This document shows positions 1 through 14,100 of a stretch of 64,000 bases of DNA, piece after piece. The stretch comes from Azolla caroliniana. Taxonomy: Eukaryota; Plantae; Polypodiophyta. Within the stretch, counting starts at the first letter, position 1. The number at the start of each line of letters is the position of its first letter. The position numbers and the translations under genes are program-made. Under the pieces are notes generated by a model. It saw only the letters and a list, made by a program, of their open reading frames with translations, did no database searches and had not been told where the DNA came from. The stretch spans positions 22,320,001-22,384,000 of the forward strand of contig JBHGNT010000002.1 in NCBI GenBank assembly GCA_043228905.1. Reading direction: 5' to 3'.

Positions 1-830
1 TCTAATTGCACCATAATCAATTCTTGATGAGTGTTCTGAGCATAATCCATGGCCATTTGAACATTCAACACATTATGCAATATATTTCTACTTGCAATAA
101 AACCATATTGGGCGGGGTGTATCAACTTTGGCAAATACTTTTGTAATCTATTTGCCAAGACCTTCGTAAATATCTTGTACAACCCCCCCATCAAAGAAAT
201 AGATCTCCATTGATGAAATGACTCAAGCGATGCCACCTTTGGAACTAGTTTAATTAGACCAACCTTCCAAGCTTGAGGCATACAACCAGAATCCCAAGAC
301 TGTTGAAACATCAAAGTCAAGGGCCCCTTTAAAATGTTGGAATATCTCTTAAAAACTTCATTTGTCAAGCCATCCCAACCAGGGCTCTTACCACTAGGAA
401 GATGCCTTAAAACTACATCCACCTCATCCTCAGTGAAATCTGCATCCAATTCATGACTAATGAGATCATGCACAATACATCCAACCACATCATAAAACTC
501 ATGACATGCTCTACTCACCTCATTTGTCATTAACAATTGTGGACCAATCAACTCCTTAAAGTAATGAAGACATATGTCAATTATTTTTGTAGGATCCACT
601 ATCAATTCATCCCCTTGCTTCACATGTACCACATTAGATCGGGCATAAGTAGGATGTAATGCTTGGAAAAACAAATGAGATTGACATTGATTATCAATGA
701 GTCCTTCCCTAAGTTGTCGCATCTTAGCATAACGATAACTTTGGCATTGCAACTGAGAAATAATAACATGCAATTGACTCTGAATATCCAAAAGCTCCTC
801 ATCTAATGGTGTATGTATCAATAATGCATT
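1..830 (-). mobile_element. Degenerate L1-type LINE ORF2 fragment (reverse transcriptase N-terminal part), continues beyond the left edge of the window
   Basis: Minus-strand translation of about 1-215 gives HQWRSISLMGGLYKIFTKVLANRLQKYLPKLIHPAQYGFIASRNILHNVLNVQMAMDY, matching the L1 RT pattern WRPISL..YKI..K.LA.RL...LP.LI...Q.GF..GR.I.DN. Upstream sequence has stops and frameshifts. Right boundary approximate. Confidence 0.8.
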
Positions 831-1989
831 ACACCTAGAGAGAACTTGTGAGAACGCGCGAACGTGAGCCCCCATTGCCACAAATTATGACATGCACTCT
901 CCCACATTGGGGAGATAGTAGGGCAAACAACCCCTCTACTAGTGGAATGGAGGCGCCGGTCCTAAGCCATCGGCCTTTCTTCTCTCTCTCTCTCTCTCTC
1001 TCTCATGTTAAACATGGAGGTTGACACTTCATGCATTATACTACATAGTACACATGTTGCACCTAACTACAAAACCATATTCTTCGCGGAGCGGGGAAAT
1101 TGTACACATCGATACATATTAGAGCCCATTCAGTTGACCTTTATTCAAACCATTGCTTCCATGTGACTTATCTCACATGCATTGTGATGTGAGACGGGGC
1201 GTTAGGGCACAAGTGATGAGAATGGTCGACTATGCACACTTTGCTCTAAATAAATTCAAGAGTCTGAGTATCACACTTTGATACAATGCTTTGCCTTTGA
1301 TCATATTTGACCATGCTTTCCACACATCTTCGACCAAGCCCAATCCTTGCACGAATTTCTCTCACAACCACAATGTGCACTCTCGATTGCAACATTCATT
1401 AGTAAAGTTCTAAGAACATTGAGAGTTACTACTCACTTTCACAAGTATCATGTGAAATGTAAATTTTTTGGTCTCATAGGTCATATTTGACCTCTGAAGA
1501 CGATAATATAATCTCTCTCTCTCTCACCTTAACCCTGTGTCTTGGGTTTGACACCCAATTTTCTCATCTCCTTATTACTTATATATGTCGTCTTAATTTA
1601 CTAGATGCCATTGTGGAATGGATGGGTTGAACCCATGACCTTATGGTCTCCAATTTGGCCTTAGAAGACGTTAATATATCTTTCTTTCTTTCTTCTCTCT
1701 CTCTCTCTCTCTCTCTCTCTTTCGTATGTAGTCAAGTATAAGGAAAATTATTGGAAGTATTTGCATGATTACAAAAGCCTTATTGAAATAAAGAGAAGAA
1801 TATAAATTACTCAATAGTTTCTCCAAACGCAAGAAAAAGCACATGCATGTGCTAAAATTTGGGGGAATCGACAAGGAAAATGTGTTAAGAATTATGGTGA
1901 CTTAACACTTTTGGACTTGTCTATGCAATGTAAGAATTTATATGAGTTATCAATTGCTACATAGATTATGTGTTATGGTTCTCTTTCAC

Positions 1990-3600
1990 ATATGTATCTT
2001 TTCTTTACGATTGAGGATATATATATATATATGCATAGGACTTAACAAATTGGCCTCTAGAAAGGCAAGAGTTCTTCAATGTATAAAGGCTGAAATGCTC
2101 AAATGGACAGGAACGGAAGCACATGCATGGATAAGTGATATGTTTAATTGTGGATTGCAACATAACATGCCCTACAATTAGACTACAAATTCGATCTCCG
2201 ATCAAGCCTTCACATAATGGTGGAGATGTAAATAATGTAAACAACTCTAAACTATCATGGGCGGCTCATTAATGGCAAAACTATTTGAATGTATAACAAA
2301 ATCAAAGGTAAGTGGGCTTAAAAAAATGGTGAGAGAGATTATGGACATGTTGTCTTTTGTAAACACCATACCACCATTGGTCACCTTGTCACCCTTACAA
2401 TATTAATGGAAGAAAGTCACTTGAGAGGTCAAGGTTTATATTCTTGTTTTGTATACTTCAAGAAAGCTTTTGATATGCGACCTCATGAGCATCTTTGTAG
2501 GCGAATAGAAGTAGTTAGATGCCAAGCATTGTTGTAAAATACTTAGCATAAAATACACGTACAATACGTATTCTAAGTATTCTACAAGTATTCTAACTTC
2601 TTTTTTTAAATACTTAGAATACGTATTTTATAGATAAAGTACATTAAATACGTTAAATACTTAGAATACGTGTAGAATACTTGTAAAATACGTTAAATAC
2701 TTCTTAAAATTGAAAGTTTTTCAAAAAATAGAAAATATATTTTGAAATGATAAATACTTGTTAAATACGTAGAATACGTCAAAATTTAAAAAACGTCACT
2801 TCTAAAATGTAGAATACTTCAGAGTATTTCAAAACTTACTCTAAACGTAGAATATGCGTTTTTTAACAACTATGATGCCAACTAAATATATGTTGTGTGT
2901 GGAGCATCTTTCTTGAATTTATGAGAAGGTTATATGTTGTGTGAGTATGGATCATTATAGAATTGCATATTGTTGTTTCAATGGCATCATTGCTGTTAAG
3001 CAAGGGGCCCACTCTCACCAACTCTATTTTGTCTATGCATTGATGAATTAGAACAAATGGTTGCCAAGTTTGTAAAGGAATAAGACATTGAAGAAGTTGC
3101 CATTACAAATGTAGTCATCATGCTTATTTGTATGTGGATGATGTAGTCCATTTTGCAAATAATTTAGGAGATACGCCAAAGCTTATAAGGTCATTGGAAG
3201 AGTTTTTGCACATGCATACTATGTTAAGACTCAACTTCTCTAAAACAAATATTGTTCTTGTGAAGAGCCAAAGAAAAGATAAACCATGCATTATGTACAA
3301 TAGTACGTCACTCGAAAGTGTGGAAAGCTTAAAATACCTTGGCCTTGAACTTCCTTCAAATCATAGATGAAATGAATGTGCTACCCGTTGCTTAGAGGTG
3401 GGAAAGAGAGTATATTATGAATTTGAGAACACACACAATCATGGAGAAATTTAAGTGTTGGGTCCTCAAGAAATGCATTTCCGACACTTTGGTGACACAC
3501 ATGCTTTTCTATGGGGTGGTAGCATCCCTAATGTTGGAGACTGAGGTCGCCAGTGCGGAAACAAGAACAACGTTATGTGATGACGAAGTAAACCAAGATG
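1990..3600 (+). mobile_element. Degenerate non-LTR retrotransposon (LINE) reverse transcriptase fragment, interrupted by a MITE
   Basis: Broken RT motifs in the expected order: CFVYFKKAFD (about 2445), AVKQG (about 2992), YVDDVV (3131) and LKYLGLEL (about 3330). Frameshifts and stops throughout. Boundaries approximate. Confidence 0.75.
2527..2874. mobile_element. hAT-type MITE (348 bp) inserted in the LINE relic
   Basis: Imperfect TIRs CATTGTTGTAAAA / TTTTAACAACTATG. 8-bp TSD ATGCCAAG (2519-2526) / ATGCCAAC (2875-2882). AT-rich interior with many AATACGT/AATACTT motifs. Confidence 0.75.
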
Positions 3601-5874
3601 AGCAGATTAAGCAATACAAGGAGAACTTACACAAGATCAAACTCTAAGAGACAAAATGTGTGTGAGAGAGAGTGTCCCAATGCTCATTATGTGAATTTCC
3701 TTTTAATTGTATTTAATAGAAATAAACTCAAATAGAAATGTATTTATTTCTTAGTCCATATACATCCTACTAGAAATGTCATTGATTTATGCAACTATTT
3801 GCATGTAAATAAATATATTTATTTATTTATTTCCAAAAAGATTTGCATGTAAATATTAAAATTCTCTTACCAAATTTAGACCGATTTTCAGTAATTCAAT
3901 AAGCTTTGTTTATCATCGAAAACAATAAGTTTTTATTTGACATTCATGGGAATGCCACTGCAATGTTTTTTAAAATTAACGACAAGAAGAAGAATAGTTG
4001 AAAGAAACGTGTCCTTCCATGAAGCACATTACTTATTGATTCTAAAGAAATTTCATGATCACCATCATTATTTCAAGATATTTAACCATTAATCAATAAA
4101 AGATACAATCAAGGTATAATATTTTGTATGTTGTAGCTATTATGAGTCATGACTTTCTTTTTGAACTAATGGAAGGATAATTTGCTTTGGGAAAGGTATA
4201 ATGATCACAATCACAAAGTTATGATATCTATGAGTAAAGAAAGGGTAAATCACCAAAAGAATTTGTTGGACATTGTACTATGACAAAGATGCATTATGTA
4301 TACACATCCAAATTTAGAGAGCATGATTTTGATGGCTGCACTAAGTTTACATGCTTCCATTGTTTCATGTCAATGCATGCAACTTGCATGCTTTTTTGCT
4401 TACTAGAGTCATTTCTTGTCTCCTACCCAACATGTCATCGAAAGGATCTCCAATGGCGTTTCTATGAATACCTACATTTCTAGTTGAACAAGCATTTATT
4501 GTCCACTCAACTTACCTATAAGCCAATAAGGAAGTGAATGATGAATAAAATGACCTCTCTCCTCCCAACTATCCAATATTTAATCAATCTTCCCTTTGCC
4601 CCAAGTTTCACACATGGGGACTATATATTGATCCCTTAGTCCTGACATACAAATAATGTTGGAGCTACCTCAGTCCTTACATTAATCTTCAGGAAAATGG
4701 TTGGGAAGAGAGTCAATATCATGTCAACGTGTTCCAAGATACAATGTCATTATAACACGATAATAAAGTAACTTGCTTGTTTCGGAGAATGATAGTTTGA
4801 TTTCATAGAGCTCTTTTTTTCAACTAATCTCAAGAAGGTTTTTCTTTGTCTCTATCTAGAGTACCATGCGAAACTATCTATTGTTCACTATCATTGTTTA
4901 TGGATAGTTTTCGTCACTATGAAGTTATTACTTGGTATTCATGAACTTCATCATCACCAATGTTCATTGTCGTGATCTTGGTGGCGTTATCAATTATCAT
5001 TGCTTATTGTTTTGGTCATGTTCTCTTCTAATCCTCACAATATAGGGTATTAAGACGAATGACTTTTTAAATATTTAATTTGGAGGGATCAATGTTTGTC
5101 TCTTGTTTGGGTGCCATTGACACTTTCAACATTTTTACAACCTTTTGGAATGTGGCCTACTTTACCCATGGTAACAACTGACTATATATGGGTTTCAACA
5201 TATGACCCAAGGCATGTTTGGCATATGGCCCATTGCAATCATTCAGCAAATGACCCCAGGCATTCCTAACATATGAACTATTGCAATCATTCGATGTGTG
5301 ATCCATTTCACTCACAACACAAATTAATGCAAGAATTGCAACCACTTACGACACATTTCTTCTTTTGACAAGTAAATCAATGTCTAGATTTGCCATTGTC
5401 ATGTATTTGTAATCAACTCGTTCATTATATGACTTGTTTCTAAGGTTGCAACAATTTAATCTAACATAACAATTGGCATACACCTCTACAACTAGCACGT
5501 AGTTGTGATGTAGCATGTGTGAAGGGAGAAAAGAGTGGAAAAGTCAAGTTTTACAATAGCTCGGGATTCTAGTTAAAATGTTGAATTAAAACAAAACAAA
5601 ACCAAGATAATATTAAGACATAGCTCAATTGTTAAGAGCTGAAATCCCACTAAAGGAGATGCAAGGAAAAACATTAGGTATAATGCATAATTGATGTTAA
5701 GGAAGTGTGCCATCAATTCAAATAAGTCGATGGACATTTTGTTGAAGAGACGTATCCATGCAAGCATAAGGACAAGTGTGTGCTCAAAGTAAAAGACAAT
5801 GATGCATGTTCAAACAAGAGAATCCTTTTTATAAGACAAGGGAGCTCCAAAATGATCGAGACAACTCATTGTCC

Positions 5875-6476
5875 ACTAATTTTGGGACTTGAATATCTAG
5901 ACTTCGATGACAAATTGAGGACAAATTGAGGCTCAAAATAAATAAGAGTGATGCATGTCAAAAAGAGAGAATACACTAATTTTGGGACTTGAATATCTAG
6001 ACTTCGATGACACATTGAGGCTAACAATCGGCAGGCTCAAAATAAATAAGAGTGATGCATGTCAAAAAGAGAGAATACACTAATTTTGGGACTTGAATAT
6101 CTGGACTTCGATGACACATTGAGGCTAACAATCGGCAACAGTTCGGTTTGAGCCGAACCGAACCGCAAAACCACGTCTTAACGATTTCAACGGTTCGGTT
6201 CAAGTATAGGTTTTTAAAAACGGTTCGGTTCGGTTTCAACAATAAGAAACCGCAGTTTAAACTGGTTCTTTTTATATATTTATTTATTTATTTATTTATT
6301 CAGACCTTATTCTCACATTTTAGGAACATTGTTAAAATTAAAAATAATAAATTATTATAAATTTTAAAATTTAAAATTTGACCTAAGTTGAAAACCAGAA
6401 CCGAACCGAACCATTGCCGATTGTTAATTGAGGCTCAAAATAAATAAGAGTGATGCATGTCAAAAAGAGAGAATAC
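5875..6476. repeat. Three tandem copies of an 89-bp unit centred on a MITE insertion site
   Basis: Unit ACTAATTTTGGGACTTGAATATCT...ATTGAGGCTCAAAATAAATAAGAGTGATGCATGTCAAAAAGAGAGAATAC starts at 5875, 5975 and 6079. Confidence 0.85.
6126..6426. mobile_element. hAT-type MITE (301 bp), AACCG-rich family
   Basis: TIRs TAACAATCGGCAA / TTGCCGATTGTTA. Perfect 8-bp TSD ATTGAGGC (6118-6125, 6427-6434). Subterminal AACCG/CGGTT repeats. Same family as 60881-61954. Confidence 0.9.
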
Positions 6477-9400
6477 TATTTTTATCTCCTAAGAGAGCTA
6501 TAAAAATATCTAAAATGAGCAAAACAACTCATTATTAGGTTCACTATTAGGCCACACTCACTTTGGCAAAACCCTATGTAGACCTCTTGCAACGAGCTCC
6601 CGTCTTGGGCTCAAAATGTTCTCTTATGGGGGGGAGCCTATTATGGCTAGTTGGTCATGATAGAACTCAACGAGTTGTATTATGGGAACTCACCACGATA
6701 AACCTCCGAGAGTTGTATCGTGTAGAGCTCGCCATGATAGATTTCTCGGAGCTCTATTGTATGAAGTACATACATGACAACTCTTAAGCGGGAAAGTGTG
6801 ACAAACAACATCGCTCTATACTTGTCATCATTTTTTGTAGAAGAGGAGGTTGACATTGGACCTCCTTGTGGCCGAACCTCAACATGACCTCGGGCTCGAT
6901 ATTGAATAGAGGATTCACATTAAAGTTCATTTCCTTGTAGCTCAAAGGAAAAACAAATTCACACACACAAGCCTGTCCCCAATTTTAAAAAATAAAACCT
7001 ATATCGCTAAAATACTACTCCTACCCTTAATTTATTTGTATAAACAAAGCTATCCCTTGTTTAAAAACATCAAGCCCTAAACCTACACACTTGCGCACCC
7101 ATCCACACTCACATCCCCTAGGGAAACTTCATTTTGACTAGAAGAGTTTTCGGTGCACGTATGCATGCCATCTCAAAAGGTTAACCTCAGCAAAATCTAA
7201 GGGCATTATCCTCGAGCTCATCTCCCTTGATTTAGAATCCATTGGTCCCGCTCACATCTCACAATTTTACAAGGGTAAGCATTCCCTTGAGTATCAACCA
7301 ATGTGATGAAGTTTACACCATGCGTGGTTGAATTTTTAATGAACATAGTATGGAACTCCCATACTCTTAGGATTATTTTGTTTTTTATAAGTGCATACAT
7401 CAAATATCTCTTGATCCTAGAGGCATAGAATCAACAACGTTCACATCTTGCAATGGTGGTTTATAGACAAATGGCATGTAAAGTTAGCAAGTACACATGG
7501 TTCTATATTCACATTTTTTATGCTTATTGTACTCAAATTATATGACAAGGAAAATTACACATGGAATTTTGGACTTGTGTCAAGTCGAGGTTGGGAAAGC
7601 CAACTCAAGGGAGAGAGAGTTCATGATCTTTCCTATCCAAAATAAACGAAGGTTTGCTAAAGCTAACTTGCTAACATGCAATGTTTCCCCACCATAATAA
7701 ACCCAAGACCAAGTTTAATGCACTTGTACCCCCTTGTATCTAGAACTAGTGAGGTAACCTACATGCCCAAAGATGTCATAACTCATGAGACCTTGGACCA
7801 TGCTCCTAATATAGTGTCCTTGGAGACATTACCTAAAGGATGGTGAGCCCAAGAACAAGCTTGGAGCACCTCACCATAAAACAACACTTGAGAGGTGATC
7901 ATGTCAAAAACTTTGTTTAGAGAATTGGAGCATTAACAATTGATCTTGTTCGATGGGTAGATGCATTTGACGAAAAAAGTTACAAATTTTACCCAATCGG
8001 AATGAAGTGTAAATGATATGGCAGAGAGAGTCTTGTTAAGTGGTCATGGAGGCATCGTCTAACAATGGTAAGGAACCTAAGGACAATCTTGAAGCAAGGG
8101 TCACATCACTTCCAACTACCTTGAGATGTAACCATACACAAAACCAAGTTTCAAGAATTCAAACATCAGAAGGTGGTTCTTGTTTGAGGGGTACACACGC
8201 TTAGGAAAAAGAGTTACAACTTGTACCCAATTGGAATGAAGTGCAAATGATAGGATGTGGCAAGTCTTGAGGTCTACATGTGGAAACACTATTGCAAGGA
8301 AATAACTCCATGTTTATTCAAGTTTATGTTTAAAATTACAAAAACCTTGTAGGACAAATGATAGGGTGGAGAGAACCTAAGGGTGGAAACCTATCACTTG
8401 AGAATAGACCCTCTTCAATGGAGCTTTTTGTATTGAAGTATGGAACAACATACCAACATTGATAGCAAGAAAATGAATTCATAAAATAAACAATGTTGCA
8501 ATGAAATGAATTTGGCCAAAAAGAGGTCTTATTGAAAAAACTTTGAAGAAATGAGATCAACAATTGGTGTATTCATCGAAGGAAACGAGTTCATAGAAGT
8601 GGTCCTTAGTTGTTGATCAAAGGAAGGTAGTTCATAGAAGTGAACCTTGGTCCATTGCCCTTAACACCTAGAATATTCTACAATTCGTATAAAGTAGTTC
8701 TAATGCCTGATTGATTACAAATTAAGCTAATAAAGGCTCTAACCAAATCATACCAAACTAACAAATTTCTAAAGTTGGACGAAACTGATTAAACTATTAA
8801 AGCAGTCTCAAGTCAAACCAAACCATTGCCAATACCTAGTTACTACATAAATTAGTATTACACCGTAATCATCCTACAACTAATTGATTGTACATCCTTC
8901 TGCATTACAACATTTGAGCTTAGAAATGGTGCATGCTTCTCTCGATAATTCCATCAAGATAAGGAAACATGTCATAGACAAGAGGCATTATAATTACAGA
9001 TTTACCATGAGATAAGACGAGTGTGTATCCATATGATTTATTCCCTTGTCATAATTTATTGTAGGTTTTTGAGGTTTCCCATTGGTGCATTTATCACAGT
9101 TTTTTAACTCAAAAACATCGCATTCATCAAAATAACATTTCCTACTTGGTGAAAGAAACAGAGATTTCCTCAATTTATGCCAGATTTTAAATTTAACCTT
9201 CTGTCATTCAATCCACATCTTCACATTACGTTTTAGAACAAAGAATAAAGACAAAACCCCAAGTACTTCTGCGAGGATGAAATCAACAAGTTACATTTAG
9301 GACTCAACATACTTATAGCAATCAATGTAATAATATATGCATGGGCATCCTTGTAATACCTTCTTATATTAATGATGGATAGATAGATATGCTTGAGATG

Positions 9401-9535
9401 GTAAAAGAAAACAAAGATTTGTTCTCAGATCTGTTCTCTCTCGTGCTTGCTCTCCATCAAACACAACTATGTACCAAGAAACTCTTTTCCTACATCTCTC
9501 AATATAAGTCAGATATATGGAGTCTATATATGCAT

Positions 9536-9538
<3 letters not shown>

Positions 9539-9585
<47 letters not shown>
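9539..9585. repeat. (CT/GA)n microsatellite just after the kinase stop codon (3' UTR)
   Basis: Pure CT run of about 23 units. Confidence 0.9.
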
Positions 9586-9589
<4 letters not shown>

Positions 9590-9593
9590 ATAC

Positions 9594-10115
9594 TCAACCA
9601 TGTACTGATCGATGACTACGGCGAGGAGTTCTACCACCAGAGCTAGGACTACTATTGCTCCCTCCGCCGCTACCTTCCTGTTTATCCCATACATCAAGAT
9701 GGTATCTTCTCGCTGATCCCATATTACTACTATCTTCTATTGTACCATTGGAAATATGTATTGGTCCCCCCTCCTTAAGATGCGTGTCTGGAGACGATTT
9801 CCGACGGGAGGCACGGTTTCCAATTTGATCGTCAGATTTCCTCTCTTTCTCTCGCTTATCTCGGCCAGGTGTGGACCCACAGCCCACGAACCTATTGCTA
9901 TGAGCTAAATGTATAGAAGGATCATATGTTTGTGATGCCAAGTATGTGAGTGCTGTGACTACATCACCAATCAATGGTCGAGTGGAGGCTTGCTCCTGAA
10001 GACACATGGCTGCTACTGCGAGAGCTTGGTATAAACCTCGCATCGGATACTGCCCTTGTAGCAATGGATCTGCCATATATGGGAACTTCCTCCGGTCCTT
10101 AAACAATGGCCGAGC
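9594..10115 (-). CDS. PBS1: PBS1-like kinase coding exon 5 (end of kinase domain and Ser/Gly/Arg-rich tail)
   Basis: Acceptor TTGTAG|[14 protein letters not shown]...[11 protein letters not shown], stop TGA at 9596-9594. Confidence 0.92.
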   Translation of the reverse strand, partial: ARPLFKDRRKFPYMADPLLQGQYPMRGLYQALAVAAMCLQEQASTRPLIGDVVTALTYLASQTYDPSIHLAHSNRFVGCGSTPGRDKREKERKSDDQIGNRASRRKSSPDTHLKEGGPIHISNGTIEDSSNMGSARRYHLDVWDKQEGSGGGSNSSPSSGGRTPRRSHRSVHG

Positions 10116-11051
10116 CTACAATAAAAAAATAATCATCATTATCATTCCATTCCTCATCAACAAGATTTAAGAAGTGGTCTTTTCCAGCTTTTATTAACTG
10201 AATCATTTTATCACTATTTCAGAGAGTTTTTCAGCTCCGTCTCATTCATGAAATCCACAAGACACAAGTTTATAGCATCAAAGAAACAAAATATGTTAGT
10301 AATTATAATAACACTAGATCACAGTCAATGATGCAACAAAAGGTAAAGATGGTGTTATTTACAACACTAAAAAATAGAGCCATTCTCTTAGTTTGCAACT
10401 TAAGCTGAACCTTGTAAAATGTAGGCAGAGTAGTAAAAATGTGCTTTTCCTGGTAAGGAGATCGACCATATTTATTTGAGTTCCCTTTGAAAAACTTAAT
10501 AATCAAACTTCAAAATTGATAACAGGAAATCCGAGATCATTTATGTGAGACAAGATGAAAAGATGTCATTCCCAAAGTGGTTTCCACATTCATGCTAAGT
10601 GTAATTTGTTATTTATTACCAGTAACACAAACCCACGACCTTTGTAGGTGAAGGATGCACGCCACCCAAGTTCTGTCACATTCATGAAAGGGGGGTCCAC
10701 CAAACTTACCATAGAGAATTCAAGAAGTCAATAAAAAAAGTACAGAGTCAAGATTAAGTATCAATCGCAATGAGCTAATATATGCCGAATGCTTGAAAGC
10801 AAAAGCAATATCCATATGATAATCATCAACTAGAGATATATTTTATATCAAATAGATACACCTGTTCTCAGCTAACAAGAATGCGGGAGAGATACATGTA
10901 TGTATCTGTTGGCCACCTTGGAGGCCCATAGAGAGATAAATGTTCTAATTAATAAAATCCAAAAAAACTCAAAATTAGTCATAGAAGGGAGACTAAATCG
11001 ACATAACATGAGATGTTCCATGGCTAACAAATTCATGGAGATAAAAAAGCT

Positions 11052-11110
<59 letters not shown>

Positions 11111-14100
11111 TCTTGGTGACCCTGGAGACCCAGAAAGATGAAAAAGACTGTTGTAAACAATAAGATATTACATCCCAAGGAGCATAGATATTATCAACTA
11201 CTTCATGCATAACATAGACAGAGATTACTGCATATTTATTCATGCCAAGAGCAAATGAAGATCCACACTTTCAAAATAGAAGGAAGAGGAAAAATGGCAT
11301 AAAGAATGGATGGAAGATTGAAACAATCCACTCATATAACTACTAGATTCAGGAAAAAATACACCGGGGAAAGACAGACTTCATGGAGGGGGCAAGGTCT
11401 CTTAGTGGCCTATATTGAAAATTAGCTCTATACAAGTTACAAATACCCCAGTTCTCCATCTACAATCAAGTACATCAAAGTAATACTTTAGTTTTGTATA
11501 AGTGGAGGGGATCAAAAAGGTTATGAAGCTAATACATGGTACTAGTAAAGGTCAACACGAAGATGTATAAAATAAAACTCTAAAAAGAGAAATTTGTAAA
11601 ACCTTTAAAGCTCATAACTGATAGTGAAATTTACTTGAGGAGAGGAATTTATAGCACATATAATTTTCTACCGTTTGAAGTGCGATTAGCAAGTCTCCAA
11701 CATTCTATTCGTACGTGGTCGGGAAGATTTTGGTAGAAGCTTTCTTTGTTCAGGTCTATTTCTATAATAAACCCAACAATAGGTACTCCAATAACAAATT
11801 TGTATGGCAAGGGTCTGGAATTAGAAATTCTATTAATGCCTTTACTAGGATGGACATGCAAGACAACTTACTGCAATAAAAGTATTGCAAGCTCAACATG
11901 TCATCTCTGTAACAAGATATGATATTCAATAGGGTCATACATTTGGAAATATTTAATTCCTAAGGTTTAACTCCAAAACTCACTTCATGAAGGCATTTGG
12001 TTATGGTAATTAGATGCTTGGACTATTGAGCTTAATTGTTTTAATATCTAGAACCCTTCGGGATGATTGGACTTGATATTTTTACACTGCTGGCTACCAA
12101 CATTTCCCATTTATTCCTTCTTCATTAATCTTGACCCTCTCAAAGCTTTGGAAGCTTTATACATAATTCTATGATGGAATCTGTTCAAACTTTGAGAACC
12201 CTACCTGCCATGTTAGCAAGGTAGCTCATGACCTATACATTCTCTTGTATCTTTTTCTATAAATCCTCCACCAACTTTTTCTACAAATTCCCTCCTTTAT
12301 TCTTCTATGAATGCTCTGCAATCTTTAACTAGGCCTCCCTTTTAATCTAAATCAGGAAAACCCTTTTTGAAGAGCCATGTGAATGTGTTAGCTCTGTACA
12401 AAGATCCACATCCTTAATCATTAAGTCATACAACTCTGCTGGGATCTGTGCTCTCTTTTCTCTTTACACCATTTGTATTTGAAAGAATTTCGTATCATAG
12501 AAAGAGTAAATAGACCAATAGAGAAGGAACCATATCATATCAGAAATTAAACAGCCACTTTCAGTTTAGGCATACAATATACAGTACAGCAATTCAGATT
12601 TGATTGGGTATATTTGCCCCAAAAATAACATGAATATCAATTCACATGGTTCTAGAAACTATGAAGGTAGCAAAAAAGATTGCAGTGATACTGCTTGATT
12701 ATACATTTCAATATTTCCCATAAAGGAAATGTATCCAGCAGAAGCATGCCATTGACAATTAGAAAGGCACCTCAGAAGTACCACAATATAGACCATAATC
12801 ATGTAGTCCTGAGTTGTTACATATGGCAAAACATATGGCAAATTTATGCAGGTATAGAAGTGCTTTAAAACTAATGTTCATATTATATGCATTACATTGC
12901 ATCCTAAGGCCATATTATGCTACAGAGACAAAAAAGCATAATACCTAACTATGCGTTAGAGCTACCCACATTTGAATGGCCTCCAGCCATTCCATGTTTT
13001 GCATGAATACTTACAAAGGGCGCAGCACATCAGTAAAAGTCATGCTATGAGATGTACGTTATCAAAGAGATAATAACCCCTGTTCCTAATCACTACCCGT
13101 TGTTCTGGAAACATGCATGCAAGGAATAGGACACGCCATTTAAGGCTGTTTAAGGGTGTTTCAGGCACGGGGAAACAATCAATTCCAATCCAGTTAAAAA
13201 GGGAAAAAAATTCCACTTTTTTATTTTTTCATTTTGTCAATTTGGTTAAATCTCTCATTCTTTATCATGTTTTATCTCTCATCATTTTTCTAAGGATATG
13301 ATGCATCACATAAACATGGATATATGTACAGAATGTTGTGTGTAATATATACACACAACACAAGTTTTACTTAAAATTTCTTGCAATTAAATATCTGTCT
13401 ATATTAAGTGTATTTTAGCTAACTCATGAGCATGTAACATGTATATACAAATACGAGGTCCATGATTCTATTTGTTTTCGACTTTTGGAAACTTCCTCAG
13501 GGCTCCAGTCCCCCGTCCCTTACAGAGTTTTGTAAAATGCTCTGTGCCGTTGAAATGTTCCCATATCAAAACCAGGAAAAGAAATAATTGATCCAAGAAG
13601 CATGAAAACCCATAGACAATCTCGTTTAACCATGCATATGCATAAAACGTAAACCAAAATCTCAACATTTACTGTTATATCGCATCCACATAATAGCATA
13701 ATAAGACAAAAACAAATAGAAAAGACCAAAGGGATTAAGTCAACCATACCCAAGCTACAAGGTTGTGTTCTCCAGCAACTCTATCATTGTCAATGGCTTT
13801 TCTCCCAGTGATGAGCTCCAAGAGTACAACACCAAAACTATAGACATCTGACTTTAAAGTTAACTGGCCCGTCATCGCATACTCTGGAGCACAGTAACCA
13901 TAAGTCCCCATTACTCGAGTAGAGACATGTGTCTTATCACCCACAGGTCCCAGCTTTGCAAGTCCAAAATCAGAAAGCTTTGGGTCATACTGCTCATCCA
14001 AAAGAATATTTGAAGACTTGAAATCACGGTAAATAACCGGGGGGGTTGCTTTATCATGTAAATATTCCAAACCTCTAGCTGCGCCAGCAGCAACCTTCAT

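Noticed and set aside
1605-1670. B-box-like GGTTCAACCC on the minus strand (similar weak hits near 10630 and 15420), possible SINE relics
   Set aside because: No convincing A box, tail or TSD.
5195-5295. 48-bp imperfect duplication giving a repeated NDCN..Y...A.GH peptide
   Set aside because: Only two copies in degenerate intergenic DNA; no evidence of coding.
7218-7403. ORF with faint B3-domain resemblance (ITLVDTQGNAYPCKIVR..WILNQG)
   Set aside because: Short, with no supporting exons or intact frame; possibly a decayed TE-borne fragment but not supportable by eye.
7960-8560. Twice-repeated AAAA..GTTACAA.TT.TACCCAAT.GGAATGAAGTG.AAATGATA segment, possibly a decayed Myb/trihelix-like gene of a DNA transposon
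   Set aside because: Full of stops, and no TIR, TSD or transposase motif could be tied to it.
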